DNA of 24,711 bases from Octopus sinensis (taxonomy: Eukaryota): contig NW_021836437.1 of assembly GCF_006345805.1 (NCBI RefSeq), forward strand, positions 1-24,711, in the 5' to 3' direction. The notes under the pieces are model-generated. The model searched no databases and had not been told where the DNA came from. It saw only the letters and a program-made list of their open reading frames with translations. Within the stretch, counting starts at the first letter, position 1; each line of letters opens with the position of its first letter. The position numbers were made by a program, and so were the translations under genes. Below, piece after piece: positions 1 to 10,605 of the stretch.

Positions 1-182
1 TGGTAGACGGAAACTGAAAGAAGCCTGTCGTATATATATATATCGGAGCGATCACAAGATTAATCAGCCGAAATTGCGAGGATGATCCGGTTCTTGACTG
101 AAGATTGAAGGCTTCGAATGTCCCGTCCGTGTTTTTTGTATCGTCTTCTAAATGTTTTGAGTTCTTGTACCAGTTTGTATTT

Positions 183-469
<287 letters not shown>

Positions 470-775
470 TTGGGCCGACCAAAGCCTTGTGAATGGATTT
501 GGTAGACGGAAACTGAAAGAAGACCGTCGTATATATATGTATATATATGTGTGTGTGCGTTTGTGTGTCTGTATTTGTCCCCCCATCATCGCTTGACAAC
601 CGATGCTGGTATGCTTACGGCCTCGTTACTTAGCGGTTCGGCAACAGAGACCGATAGAATAAGGACTAGGCTTACAAAGAATAAGTCCTGGGTTCGATTT
701 GCTCGACTAAAGGCGGTGCTCCAGCATGGCCGCAGTCAAATGACTGAAAAAAGTAGAATAGTGAAAAGAGAGTAA
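470..775 (+). mobile_element. SINE-B copy, 5'-truncated (possibly Ceph-domain-type SINE)
   Basis: Matches the full copy at 12106-12537: GGGCCGACCAAAGCCTTGTG...GGTAGACGGAAACTGAAAGAAG, internal (TA)n/(TG)n, tail GGCGGTGCTCCAGCATGGCCGCAGTCAAATGACTGAAA. A further fragment lies at 1-44. Confidence 0.9.
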
Positions 776-1010
776 AAAATTACACCATTTAACAGATAAT
801 TAGTCAGGCTTAATTATTACAATAATAATTAACACTGTTATTGCCAACTTAATCAGTGAAACTTCATCACAGCCCGTAAACTTGAAAGGAAGAGAATGGA
901 AACGGAAAAAGAGAGAGAAAATCGATAAACAAATCGATGCTACATGTTATGTCTCTGGAACTTTACGACCGATTGAAGGGTTAATTCAAGCAATGAGGAA
1001 AAGTGTATGA

Positions 1011-1306
1011 TTTAGTTTGTTTGTTCCTTCTCGAGCCATGCCTGGCTCATAAGGGCCGGTTTCCCGGTTTCCGTGGCGTATAGGTTCCCCACTTTGACGG
1101 GACCCCGGTCCGTCGAAGGTGAGCTTCAAGATGCAGGAGGAAAAAGTGAGAGAAAGTTGTGGCGAAAGAGTCAGCAGATGTTTCGCCATTACCTTCTGCC
1201 GGAGCCGCGTGGAGTTTAGGTGTTTCGCTCACAAACACACATATCATCACGTTTAAGATTCGAACCCGCGATCCCTCGACCGCGAGTCCGCTGCTCTAAC
1301 CACTTG
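1011..1306 (-). mobile_element. tRNA-derived SINE (Arg-like head), tail type 1
   Basis: Minus-strand head AGTGGTTAGAGCAGCGGACTCGCGGTCGAGGGATCGCGGGTTCGAATC contains Pol III A and B boxes; head and core are shared with the adjacent copy. Confidence 0.85.
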
Positions 1307-1310
1307 GAAG

Positions 1311-1686
1311 CACTCCGTCGGTTACTACGACGAGGGTTCCCGTTCATCCGATCAACGGAACAGCCTGCTCGTGAAATTAACGTGTATGTGGCTGATCACT
1401 CCACAGACACGTGTACCCTTAACGTAGTTCTCGGGGATCTTCAGCATGACGGAGAGAGTGACAAGGCCGGCCCCTTGAAATATAGGTACAACAGAAACAG
1501 GAAGTAAGAGTGAAAGAAAGTTGTGGCGAAAGAGTCAGCAGGTGTTTCGCCATTACCTTCTGCCTGAGCACGTGGAGCTCAGGTGTTTCGCTCATAAAAA
1601 CATACACATCGCCCGGTCTGAGATTCGAACTTGCGATCCCTCGACCGCGAGTCCGCTGCACTAACCACTAGGCCATATGCCTCCAC
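1311..1686 (-). mobile_element. tRNA-derived SINE (Arg-like head), tail type 2
   Basis: Minus-strand head GTGGAGGCATATGGCCTAGTGGTTAGTGCAGCGGACTCGCGGTCGAGGGATCGCAAGTTCGAATC; same core as 1011-1306 but a different 3' part. Confidence 0.85.
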
Positions 1687-1942
1687 ACCAACACCGGTTG
1701 TCAAGCAGTGATTGGAGACCAACACACACACACACACACACACACACAAATAGTTTTCTCGCTGGATTAAGTGTTCATTTTCTCTTTTTGTCTTCTGCAA
1801 ATTTATTTTTGGATCTTCTGAATATATGAAGAATTTCCTTCCGCCTGGCTGCTTTTCTCTCTACAGAACGGAAAGTTGCATTATGGAACAGTCATTTTAA
1901 CGAGATTATTCATCACCCGATATACATCTTTTTCTTTATACT

Positions 1943-4549
1943 GAGGGGAAAAACAAGGACAGACAAACAGATTAAGTCGATTACATCGACCCCAGTGCGT
2001 AACTAGTACTTAATTTATCGGTCCCGAAAATATGAACGGCAAAGTCGACCCCGGTGGAATTTGAACTCAGAACATAATGACAGACGACATACCTGTTTCT
2101 TTACTACCCACAATGGGCTAAACACACAGGGGACAAACAAGGACAGACAAACGGGATAAGTGAATTACATCGACCCCAGTGCGTAACTGGTACTTAATTT
2201 ATCGACTCCGAAAGAATGAAACGCAAAGTCGACCTCGAAGTAATTTGAACTCAGAACGTAAAGACAGACGAAATACCTGTTTCTTTACTACCCACAAGGG
2301 TCTAAACACAGAGGGGACAAACAAGAACAGACAAATAGATTAAGCCGATTACATTGACCCTAGTGTGTAACTGGTACCTAATTTATCGACCCCGAAAGGA
2401 TGAATGGCAAAGTCTACATCGGAGGAATTTGAACTCAGAACAAAAAGACAGACGAAATAACTGTTTATTTACTACCCACAAGGGGCTAAACACAGAGAGA
2501 ACAAACTTGAACTTGTGGCGAGCTGGCATAACCGTTAGCACGCCGAGCGAAATGGGTAGCCGTATTTCGTCTGCTGCTACGTTCTGAGTTCAAATTCAAC
2601 CGAGGTCTACTTTGCCTTTCATCCTTTCTGGATCGATAAATAATGTACCAGTTACGCACTGGGGTCGATTTAATCGTCTTAATCCGTTTGTCTGTCCTTG
2701 ATTGTCTTCTCTGTGTTTAGCCCCTCGTGGGTAGTAAAGAAATATGTACTTAATTTATCGACCCCGTAAGGATGAAAGGCAAAGTCGACCTCAAAGTAAT
2801 TTGAACTCTGAACGTAAAGACAGACGAAATGCCTGTTCCTTTACAACCCACAAGGGCCTAAACACAGAGGTGAAAAACAAGGACTGACAAATAGATTAAG
2901 CCGATAACATCGACCCCAGTGCGAAACTGGTACTTGATTTATCGGCCCCGAAAGGATGAATGGCAATGTCTACCTCGGCGGAATTTGAACTCAGAAAGTA
3001 AAGACAAAGGAAATACCTATTTCTTTACTACCCACAAGGGGATAAACACAGAGGGGACAAACAAGGACAGACAAATAGATTAAGCCGATAACATCGATCC
3101 CAGTGCGTAACTGGTACTTGATTTATCGGCCTCGAAAAGATGAAAGGAAAAGTCGACCTCGGAGGAATTTGAACTCAGAACGTAAAGACAGACGAAATAC
3201 CTGTTTCTTTACTACCCACAAGGGTCTTAACACAGAGGGGACAAACAAGAACAGACTAATAGATTAAATCGATTACATTGACCCCAGTTTGTAACTGGTA
3301 CATAATTTTTCGACCCTGAAAAGATGAAAGGCAAGTCGACCTCGAAGTAATTTGAACTCAGAACGTAAAGACAGATGAAATACCTATTTCTTTACTACCC
3401 ACAAGGGTCTAAACACAGAGGGGACAAACAAGGACAGACAAATAGATTAAGCCGATAACATCGATCCCAGTGCGTAACTGGTACTTGATTTATAGGCCCC
3501 GAAAGGATGAATGGCAAAGTCGACCTCGGCGGAATTTGAACTCAGAAAGTAAAGACAACGAAATACCTATTTCTTTACTACCCACAAGAGGATAAACACA
3601 GAGGGGACAAACAAGGACAGACAAATAGATTAAGCCGATAACATCGATCCCAGTGCGTAACTGGTACTTGATTTATCGGCCTCGAAAAGATGAAAGGAAA
3701 AGTCGACCTCGGAGGAATTTGAACTCAGAAGTAAAGACAGACGAAATACCTGTTTCTTTACTACCCACAAGGTCTAAACACAGAGGGGACAAACAAGGAC
3801 AGACAAATAGATTAAGCCGATAACATCGACCCCAGTTTGTAACTGGTACTTAATTTTTCGACCCTGAAAAGATGAAAGGCAAGTCGACCTCGAAGTAATT
3901 TGAACTCAGAACGTAAAGACAGATGAAATACCTATTTCTTTACTACCCACAAGGGTCTAAACACAGAGGGGACAAACAAGGACAGACAAATAGATTAAGC
4001 CGATAACATCGATCCCAGTGCGTAACTGGTACTTGATTTATAGGCCCCGAAAGGATGAATGGCAAAGTCGACCTCGGCGGAATTTGAACTCAGAAAGTAA
4101 AGACAAACGAAATACCTATTTCTTTACTACCCACAAGGGGATAAACACAGAGGGGACAAGATTACATCGACCCCAGTGCGTAACTGGTACTTGATTTATC
4201 GGCCCCGAAAAGGTGAAAGGAAAAGTCGACCTCGGAGGAATTTGAACTCAGAACAAAAAGACAGACGAAAAACCTGTTTCTTTACTACCCACAAGGGGCT
4301 AAATACAGAGGGGACAAACAAGGACAGACAAACAGATTAAGCCGATTACATCGACCCCAGTGCGTAACTGGTACTTGATTTATAGGCCCCGAAAGGATGA
4401 ATGGCAATGTCGACCACGGCGGAATTTGAACTCAGAAAGTAAAGACAGACGAAAAACCTGTTTCTTTACTACCCACAAGGGGCTAAAAAGAGAGGGGACA
4501 AACAAGGACAGACAACAGATTAAGTCGATTACATCGACCCCAGTGCGTA
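1943..4549 (-). repeat. SINE-A-derived tandem array (~184-bp monomers, ~14 units, 3-monomer higher-order repeat)
   Basis: Marker CAGTGCGTAACTGG and its variants recur at about 1993, 2177, 2361, 2917, 3101, 3285, 3468, 3651, 3833, 4016, 4174, 4358 and 4541. The monomer is the reverse complement of the SINE-A body and tail (compare 13339-13570). Confidence 0.95.
2514..2744 (+). mobile_element. Full-length SINE-A, inverted relative to the surrounding array
   Basis: TGTGGCGAGCTGGCATAACCGTTAGCACGCCG...GAGTTCAAATTC...GTAGTAAAGAAATA; A and B boxes present. Confidence 0.92.
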
Positions 4550-4932
4550 TCTGCACACCTGCTCAGACATTTGCAGCTGTTTGACAAGTATAGATCCTAT
4601 TTTCCCGGATATTCAAATGTAGACATGAAGGAATTGCCCCTGGTTATCCAGGTTGTATCTAGATAGGGTTTTCTGTAGGCCTGTAGGTAAAGATAACATA
4701 TGATGTCCACTTTTCAAACTGGTCGGCTACACAGACCACAAATTTGTGATCTGTATGGTCGCCGTAGATAGGCTTAGAAGGCAGAGAGCCGGTTGCTGGA
4801 ATCTGAACGAATTACTCCCGGTGTGTCAGTGCTACAGAGACCGAATTAGAGAATTAGTCAGGAGGACGTTGACAAGGGCAATTCTCAATATGCGGGGGTT
4901 TGCTTTGAAAATGGCAATTAGACTAGAATCAG

Positions 4933-4934
<2 letters not shown>

Positions 4935-4998
<64 letters not shown>

Positions 4999-5044
4999 GT
5001 TATTATTATTATCATCATCATCATTATTATTATTATTATTATTA

Positions 5045-5081
<37 letters not shown>
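4935..5081. repeat. (ATT)n microsatellite with (ATC) patches
   Basis: Direct sequence. Confidence 0.97.
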
Positions 5082-5626
5082 GAGTGAGAGAGCAGTTCAT
5101 GCCATCAAAGTGACACTGGGGTAAAATATACGAAGTCCAATATACCCATCATGACTACCCGTCTGATAAGGGTACACCAGGCACATACATCACAACCATA
5201 TGTGCGCGACATGGTGATCTCATATCAAGGTAAACAGCGCATGACCTTGCAGGTGGGGCCCAGGTAGAATTTTCTGACGGTCGAGTTGCCCATCCCGCGC
5301 AAAAGGTCAATGAATAAGGGTTGTTTAAGGATGTTGAAAGAACCACCCATGTTTCCAGAGGTGAATTATTCAAACCCCAAAGAATCCCTCTCAACACACG
5401 GCTATGATGCTCCCCCACTACTTCTGCTCGTGATCAGAGATGCAGATATCGTCAGCCACTAAGGGACATGCTCAACTGGTTAAGGTCAAACAACTGACAA
5501 GCAAATCTGTGGTATTGAGCAGAATATTTGCTGTAGCCCATCTTTTATACCAAGACAAAACAATGTACATGATAACACTTCCAATCAGTTAAGATCAGAA
5601 GCCATGGTATCACTGCCTGGTACTGC
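5082..5626 (-). mobile_element. ~550-bp non-coding interspersed element inserted in (TAA)n, copy 1
   Basis: Reverse complement of 15800-16356; (ATT)n on both sides. Confidence 0.85.
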
Positions 5627-5690
<64 letters not shown>

Positions 5691-5880
5691 TAAAAAGTTT
5701 GATTCGATCCCATAAAGTTTCGTAGCTTCGTTACAGGAATCTGGCTTGTTGAAGATTGGCGCACCAGAACCAGAATGTATCCAGAATGTTGGTGGAACAT
5801 CCCAATAGAATCAGAAAGCCGGATTAAACACAACGGACCCGATATTGTTCTAAGGGACGGAAAATAAGTCAAGCACTTTT
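5691..5880 (+). mobile_element. REL-endonuclease fragment of an R4/Dong-like non-LTR retrotransposon
   Basis: Manual translation ...PECWWNIPIESESRIKHNGPDIVLRDGK resembles the W-D/N-xPI...K/R-PDIV motif seen at 23566-24063. Confidence 0.6.
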
Positions 5881-5928
5881 GAAGAGATCGTCTGCCCAGT
5901 CCTATGTCAATATCTCATCGTATTAAAG

Positions 5929-6125
5929 CGGCGAGCTGGCAGAAACGTTAGCACGCCGGGCGAGATGCCTAGCGGTATTTCGTATTTACGATCTGAGTTC
6001 AAATTCCGCCGAGGTCGACTTTGCCTTTCATTCTTTCTCGGTCGATAAATTCAGTACGAGCTGCGTACTAGGGTCGATCTCAACGACTGGTCCCCTCCCC
6101 AAATATTGTGCCTCGAGTAGAAAAG
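5929..6125 (+). mobile_element. SINE-A (alternative tail) with ~20-bp target-site duplication
   Basis: Head (G)CGGCGAGCTGGCAGAAACGTTAGC, B box GAGTTCAAATTC; flanks AATATCTCATCGTATTAAAG (5909-5928) and AATATCTCATCATATATTAAAG (6126-6147). Confidence 0.88.
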
Positions 6126-6431
6126 AATATCTCATCATATATTAAAGAAAAAGAGGGATCTATGGAGAACTGTTTGAAAAAATACAGTTCTGATATACAG
6201 GCCATAGATTTTCATTTCTACCTACTAACAGAGATGCACTGGGCTAAGTAAAAACAGATCGACATAAAAACTACATATGCTGGGGTAGATCAGGTACCCT
6301 GAGTCCCTTCTGTAGCAATCGTTCCAATTATTTAACACGGTTCAATTATTTAATAAAAGAGTAAAAAACACAAGAAGTACCGAAGAGGAAAGTGACGATG
6401 AGAAGTCGGGTGGAATGAAAGAGTAACTTAC

Positions 6432-6616
6432 GGTGGTCTTAAATGAAGATTTTCTGCCTGTGCCGTTGAGTTTCCAGAATCAAGCGTTTCGTTAGAAACC
6501 GACAATTCTTCACTCAGTGTGGGACTTACATTCACTGGCCCATCAGTCGTCTGCTGTCCTTCTGTCAGCCAAAGACCAACACCGAAAACAAATAAGAACA
6601 GAACCAAATTCTTCAT
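6432..6616 (-). CDS. Probable first coding exon of a secreted or membrane glycoprotein (unidentified)
   Basis: ATG at 6616 gives MKNLVLFLFVFGVGLWLTEG/QQTTDGPVNVSPTLSEELSVSNETLDSGNSTAQAENLHLRP. This is a signal-peptide-like N-terminus followed by sequons NVS, NET and NST. It ends at a consensus donor CC|GTAAGT (6431-6426); the upstream acceptor is TTTTTCGTGTGTCAG| (exon start 6654). The sequence is non-repetitive. Confidence 0.7.
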
Positions 6617-7074
6617 AGCTGTTATTTTCTTCTTTTTAGTGCTCCCTCTGTTTACTGACACACGAAAAACTTGTATAATCAGAAGGAATAGATTCGACTA
6701 AATAACGAACAGGGGATAAATGTCTAAACTTTTTGTTGGTGTTGCCTTGTCTTTTGATGGTTCTTGAAGCACAAAAATCTTTTAAACAACAGCAGCGGAA
6801 TTGGGCGCAGAAGAATCCCGTTGCGAAATCGATCTGGCTCTGTCACACCTCCACCAAGACACTCATATTTATAACAAACCGCCAGCAAAGAGGTGTTTGC
6901 GTATCAAATCTGAGAGGTGGGAAGTAAAACATCAAAGGACCATTGACATCACACGGATCCATTGTCAGGTGAAAGACCGCAGGTGAGAACAGGACGCAAA
7001 TCAACTGCTCAAACAAGATTGTCAACGACTACCATCACAGGTTTATGCATGTGACCATCACACACACACACACA

Positions 7075-7124
<50 letters not shown>

Positions 7125-7291
7125 TGCACCACCGCCACCATCACCAAACACACACATATAAATGCATACAAATAAATGTGTTTGTACATGCATCCCCGAG
7201 AGAGTTTGTGTGTGTGTGAATTAATATGTCGTGCGTGTGTGTGTGAGCATATATATATATGCTCATATATATATATACATATATATGTACA

Positions 7292-8016
7292 TGTATTTCC
7301 TGAGTCAAAATCGGTGCGTGACCAGGTCATTGACATGAGCAATGATACCTCTTTCCAAGTGCATATTACTAAGTTGGTGATAAAATGCAGACGGCTAGCT
7401 GGATGGATTCTCTGAACTTTCAGAACTAGAGAGGAGACACTGATGGTCCTTTGGAAATCTTTCGTCCTCAGCCGCTTGGACTACTACTCCCAACTATGGT
7501 CACCATACGATATAAAGCTAACAGCAGAACTCGAAGCAATTCAGAGAAGCTACACAAAGAAGATCGTCTAAATGCAACATATCAGCTACTGAGAAAGACT
7601 GAAAATATTAAAACTCTTCTCCCTAGAGCGAAGGCGGGAGAGATATGCAGTGATATACATCTGGAAAATCCTGGAGAGACTTGTCCCAAACTTTGGCGTT
7701 CAAAGTTACCCCAACCGCAGAGCTTGGGTTTCAGAGGACCGCAGCTCTTCAACATTCTCCCTTGATGCCTGAGAGACTTACATGGTGTGGATGTGGGTTT
7801 CTTTAAAACTAAACTGGATCTCTTCTTGTCGGGAGCCCCAGATGAACCTACCTCACGACAGGAGACGCAGATGTGGGCAGCGGCATCGAACTCCCTTGTC
7901 GACCAAGTGCCTCGTATCAGAGGTGGATTCACAAACTAGCGTAGCTCGTTCAACGGTGGTGCCCCAGCATGGCCGCAGCCTTCGGGCTGAAACTTTTTTA
8001 AGGATTTAAGGATTTA
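7292..8016 (+). mobile_element. 3' end of a CR1/L2-group LINE (RT thumb, 3' UTR, short-repeat tail), with internal stops
   Basis: Manual translation KSVRDQVIDMSNDTSFQVHI...SRLDYYSQLWSP...LEAIQRSYTKKI...LFSLERRRERYAVIYIWKIL...GPQLFNILP...FKTKLDLFL; tail AAGGATTTAAGGATTTA. Confidence 0.85.
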
Positions 8017-8110
8017 TATATATATAAAGATTACAGGGCTTGATACGTTCGATTAAAGACTTAAAGTTGGTTCCAAAGCATAACCTTCGCATAAACAACA
8101 CAAATAAAAG

Positions 8111-8158
<48 letters not shown>

Positions 8159-8170
8159 GTTTATGCATTT

Positions 8171-8173
<3 letters not shown>

Positions 8174-8251
<78 letters not shown>

Positions 8252-8277
8252 GATCTATCTATCTATCTATCTATCTA

Positions 8278-8341
<64 letters not shown>

Positions 8342-8350
8342 GTCTGTCAG

Positions 8351-8381
<31 letters not shown>

Positions 8382-8410
8382 GTCTGTCACTCTATCTATC
8401 TATCTATCTA

Positions 8411-8455
<45 letters not shown>

Positions 8456-8533
8456 GTCTGTCAGTCTATCTATCTATCTATCTATCTATCTATCATCTAT
8501 CTATCTATCTATCTATCTATCTGTCTGTCTGTC

Positions 8534-8585
<52 letters not shown>

Positions 8586-8602
8586 GTCTGTCTGTCTGTC
8601 AG

Positions 8603-8635
<33 letters not shown>

Positions 8636-8690
8636 ATCTATCTATCTATCTATCTGTCTGTCTGTCTGTCAGTCTATCTATCTATCTATC
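8174..8690. repeat. (TATC)n microsatellite with TGTC variants
   Basis: Direct sequence; explains the YLSI ORFs. Confidence 0.97.
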
Positions 8691-9565
8691 ATGGAGTAAT
8701 TCGGAACAAATCGACCATATTAGTTTCATTTTCTCCGTTTTGTGCGTTTGTGCATCCGTAGTTTTCTACACACATCCACACACACGTATTTGATTTAAGT
8801 AGTTCCAACGGGGTATCATTACATTTAGTATCAGGTTTATTATAGAGATTATGTAACAAATTTAGCTGTTATTTTTAGCATAATGTGTTTTTATTTGCCC
8901 TCGTCCGTTTGTTGCTTTAGTAGAAATCTACGGATGCACAAAACGTAGAAAATAACTATTTGATAACTATTCCCCCTTAGTGGGGAATAGTTATAAAAAA
9001 AATAGCCCCAATTGTTTTCCCAAAAACTTCTTATGTCCTCGGAATCTACATAGCTGGAGGTATATTTGTAGAGGATTTCATTAAAAGTATATCCATTTCT
9101 ATGAAAGTTAAGACGAATTGAAGTGGATTCCGGTAAATTTTCCGAAATTCCCCAGCCCACCCCCTCCTAAAACACTCCCCCACCAAATTTTGCACATAAT
9201 CCATATCCGTAGAAAATTTCATTAAAAAATATCCATTTTTCTGAAAGTTATGATCAACCAAATTTGGCGGGGGTAGGCAGAAATCTGTGCTTATATTATT
9301 ATATGTAATATTTAAATGTTAATTATACAAATCTATATATCCATATGTAATAATTATCCCGCAAAAAATATACACTCACTTATATTCGTATATATAAAAA
9401 ATATATATGCGCATACGTACAGACACTTACACACACACGTATATAAATACTTACACATACACATAAATACACAGATGCACAGATACATACCTACAGAAAT
9501 ATCGAACATAGAAAAAAAACGAAGTGGAAAAATTATACATTTAAATTAAGTTACTTTAGCTATTT

Positions 9566-9950
9566 AAAACAGGTTTTATAAATAGTTATGTATATACACC
9601 CATCCAAGGACAAATTCAAAAAGTTTTACGTATGAATAAATTGAATTTATGCAAAACAGGTTTTATAAATAGTTATGTATATACACCCATCCAAGGACAA
9701 ATTCAAAAAGTTTTACGTATGAATAAATTGAATTTATGCAAAACAGGTTTTATAAATAGTTATGTATATACACCCATCCAAGGACAAATTCAAAAAGTTT
9801 TACGTATGAATAAATTGAATTTATGCAAAACAGGTTTTATAAATAGTTATGTCTATACACCCACCCAAGGACAAATTGAAAAAGTTTTACATTTGAATAA
9901 ATTGAATTAATGCAAAACAGGTTTTATAAATAGTTATGCATACACGCACC
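9566..9950. repeat. 87-bp tandem repeat, ~4.4 copies
   Basis: AAAACAGGTTTTATAAATAG recurs at 9566, 9653, 9740, 9827 and 9914. Confidence 0.95.
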
Positions 9951-9974
9951 CAAAATCCTAGTTGTAACCTACAG

Positions 9975-10201
9975 ATTTGTCCTGGTTCTTCGGTACATAC
10001 CTGATATTCCCTCAGTATAGTGACTGCGGGGTTGTCCGCTTATGCAGACACAGCTCTCCCGTGGCCTAGCCCCACATGATGCCCCTGAAATTATCCAGCA
10101 TTCGCAACAAAGAATTCAAATGACAAACTATATAAAGCAGCGAGAAGGGGCAACCTGGTGCAACCGAATGTTCAATATTGAAAGGTTCCAATAGGGGGCC
10201 C
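9975..10201 (-). mobile_element. Decayed L1/Tx1-type reverse transcriptase fragment
   Basis: Manual translation GPLLEPFNIEHSVAPGCPFSLLY... then, frameshifted, AVSA*ADN; matches the (RQ)GCPLSP and SAYADD regions. Confidence 0.6.
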
Positions 10202-10284
10202 TTTTAATTTAACGACAGAGCAAACGCCACTATACATTGTGGTGTTACAGCGTATAAAGACGGGGGGCCGAAACCGACAGCTAT

Positions 10285-10564
10285 TTAGGTCAGTCGCCAG
10301 ATCGCTACATGGAATCGATCGCGTTGTCCCTTCTTGTGAAATTCTTCTTCATGTCTTTTTTGTACTTCTTCCTTTGTTTTTCCTTTTCTCTCTGTTCTCA
10401 ATACTCCTTCGTTCCTGATTGTCACTAACAAGGTTTCCTTACTATGGGCAACGTATCTCATTAAGCTCTCGAGTTCGATACCCACGCAGTCTTCCGCACT
10501 TCTCAGTCCCCTTCCTCCATTTGGTCTCTTCATGCATAGGAAATTAGAGTCTGCACTTGGATTC
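10285..10564 (-). mobile_element. 5'-truncated Dong/R4-type LINE fragment abutting (TAA)n
   Basis: ORF MKRPNGGRGLRSAEDCVGIELESLMRYV matches the GGRGL motif; on the minus strand it starts directly after (AAT)n at 10565-10605. Confidence 0.7.

Positions 10565-10605
<41 letters not shown>

Noticed and set aside
92-125. Hammerhead-like CTGAAGA...GAA motif
   Set aside because: A15.1 is missing (GAAT), and there is no convincing stem I or stem II.
1540-1600. ATGAGCGAAAC motif in the SINE core (minus strand) resembling a hammerhead
   Set aside because: Lacks CUGA and has no stem II between GA and GAAA.
1620-1686. tRNA-Arg gene
   Set aside because: A and B boxes are present, but acceptor and anticodon stems are degenerate and the sequence continues into a repeated SINE core.
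1943-4549. CRISPR-like or tRNA-gene array
   Set aside because: No unique spacers; the units are contiguous headless SINE bodies, with no cloverleaf and no cas genes.
6920-7000. Enhancer-like cluster (ACATCAAAG, two CAGGTG E-boxes) upstream of the signal-peptide exon
   Set aside because: Short motifs are expected by chance; no conservation or chromatin data are available.
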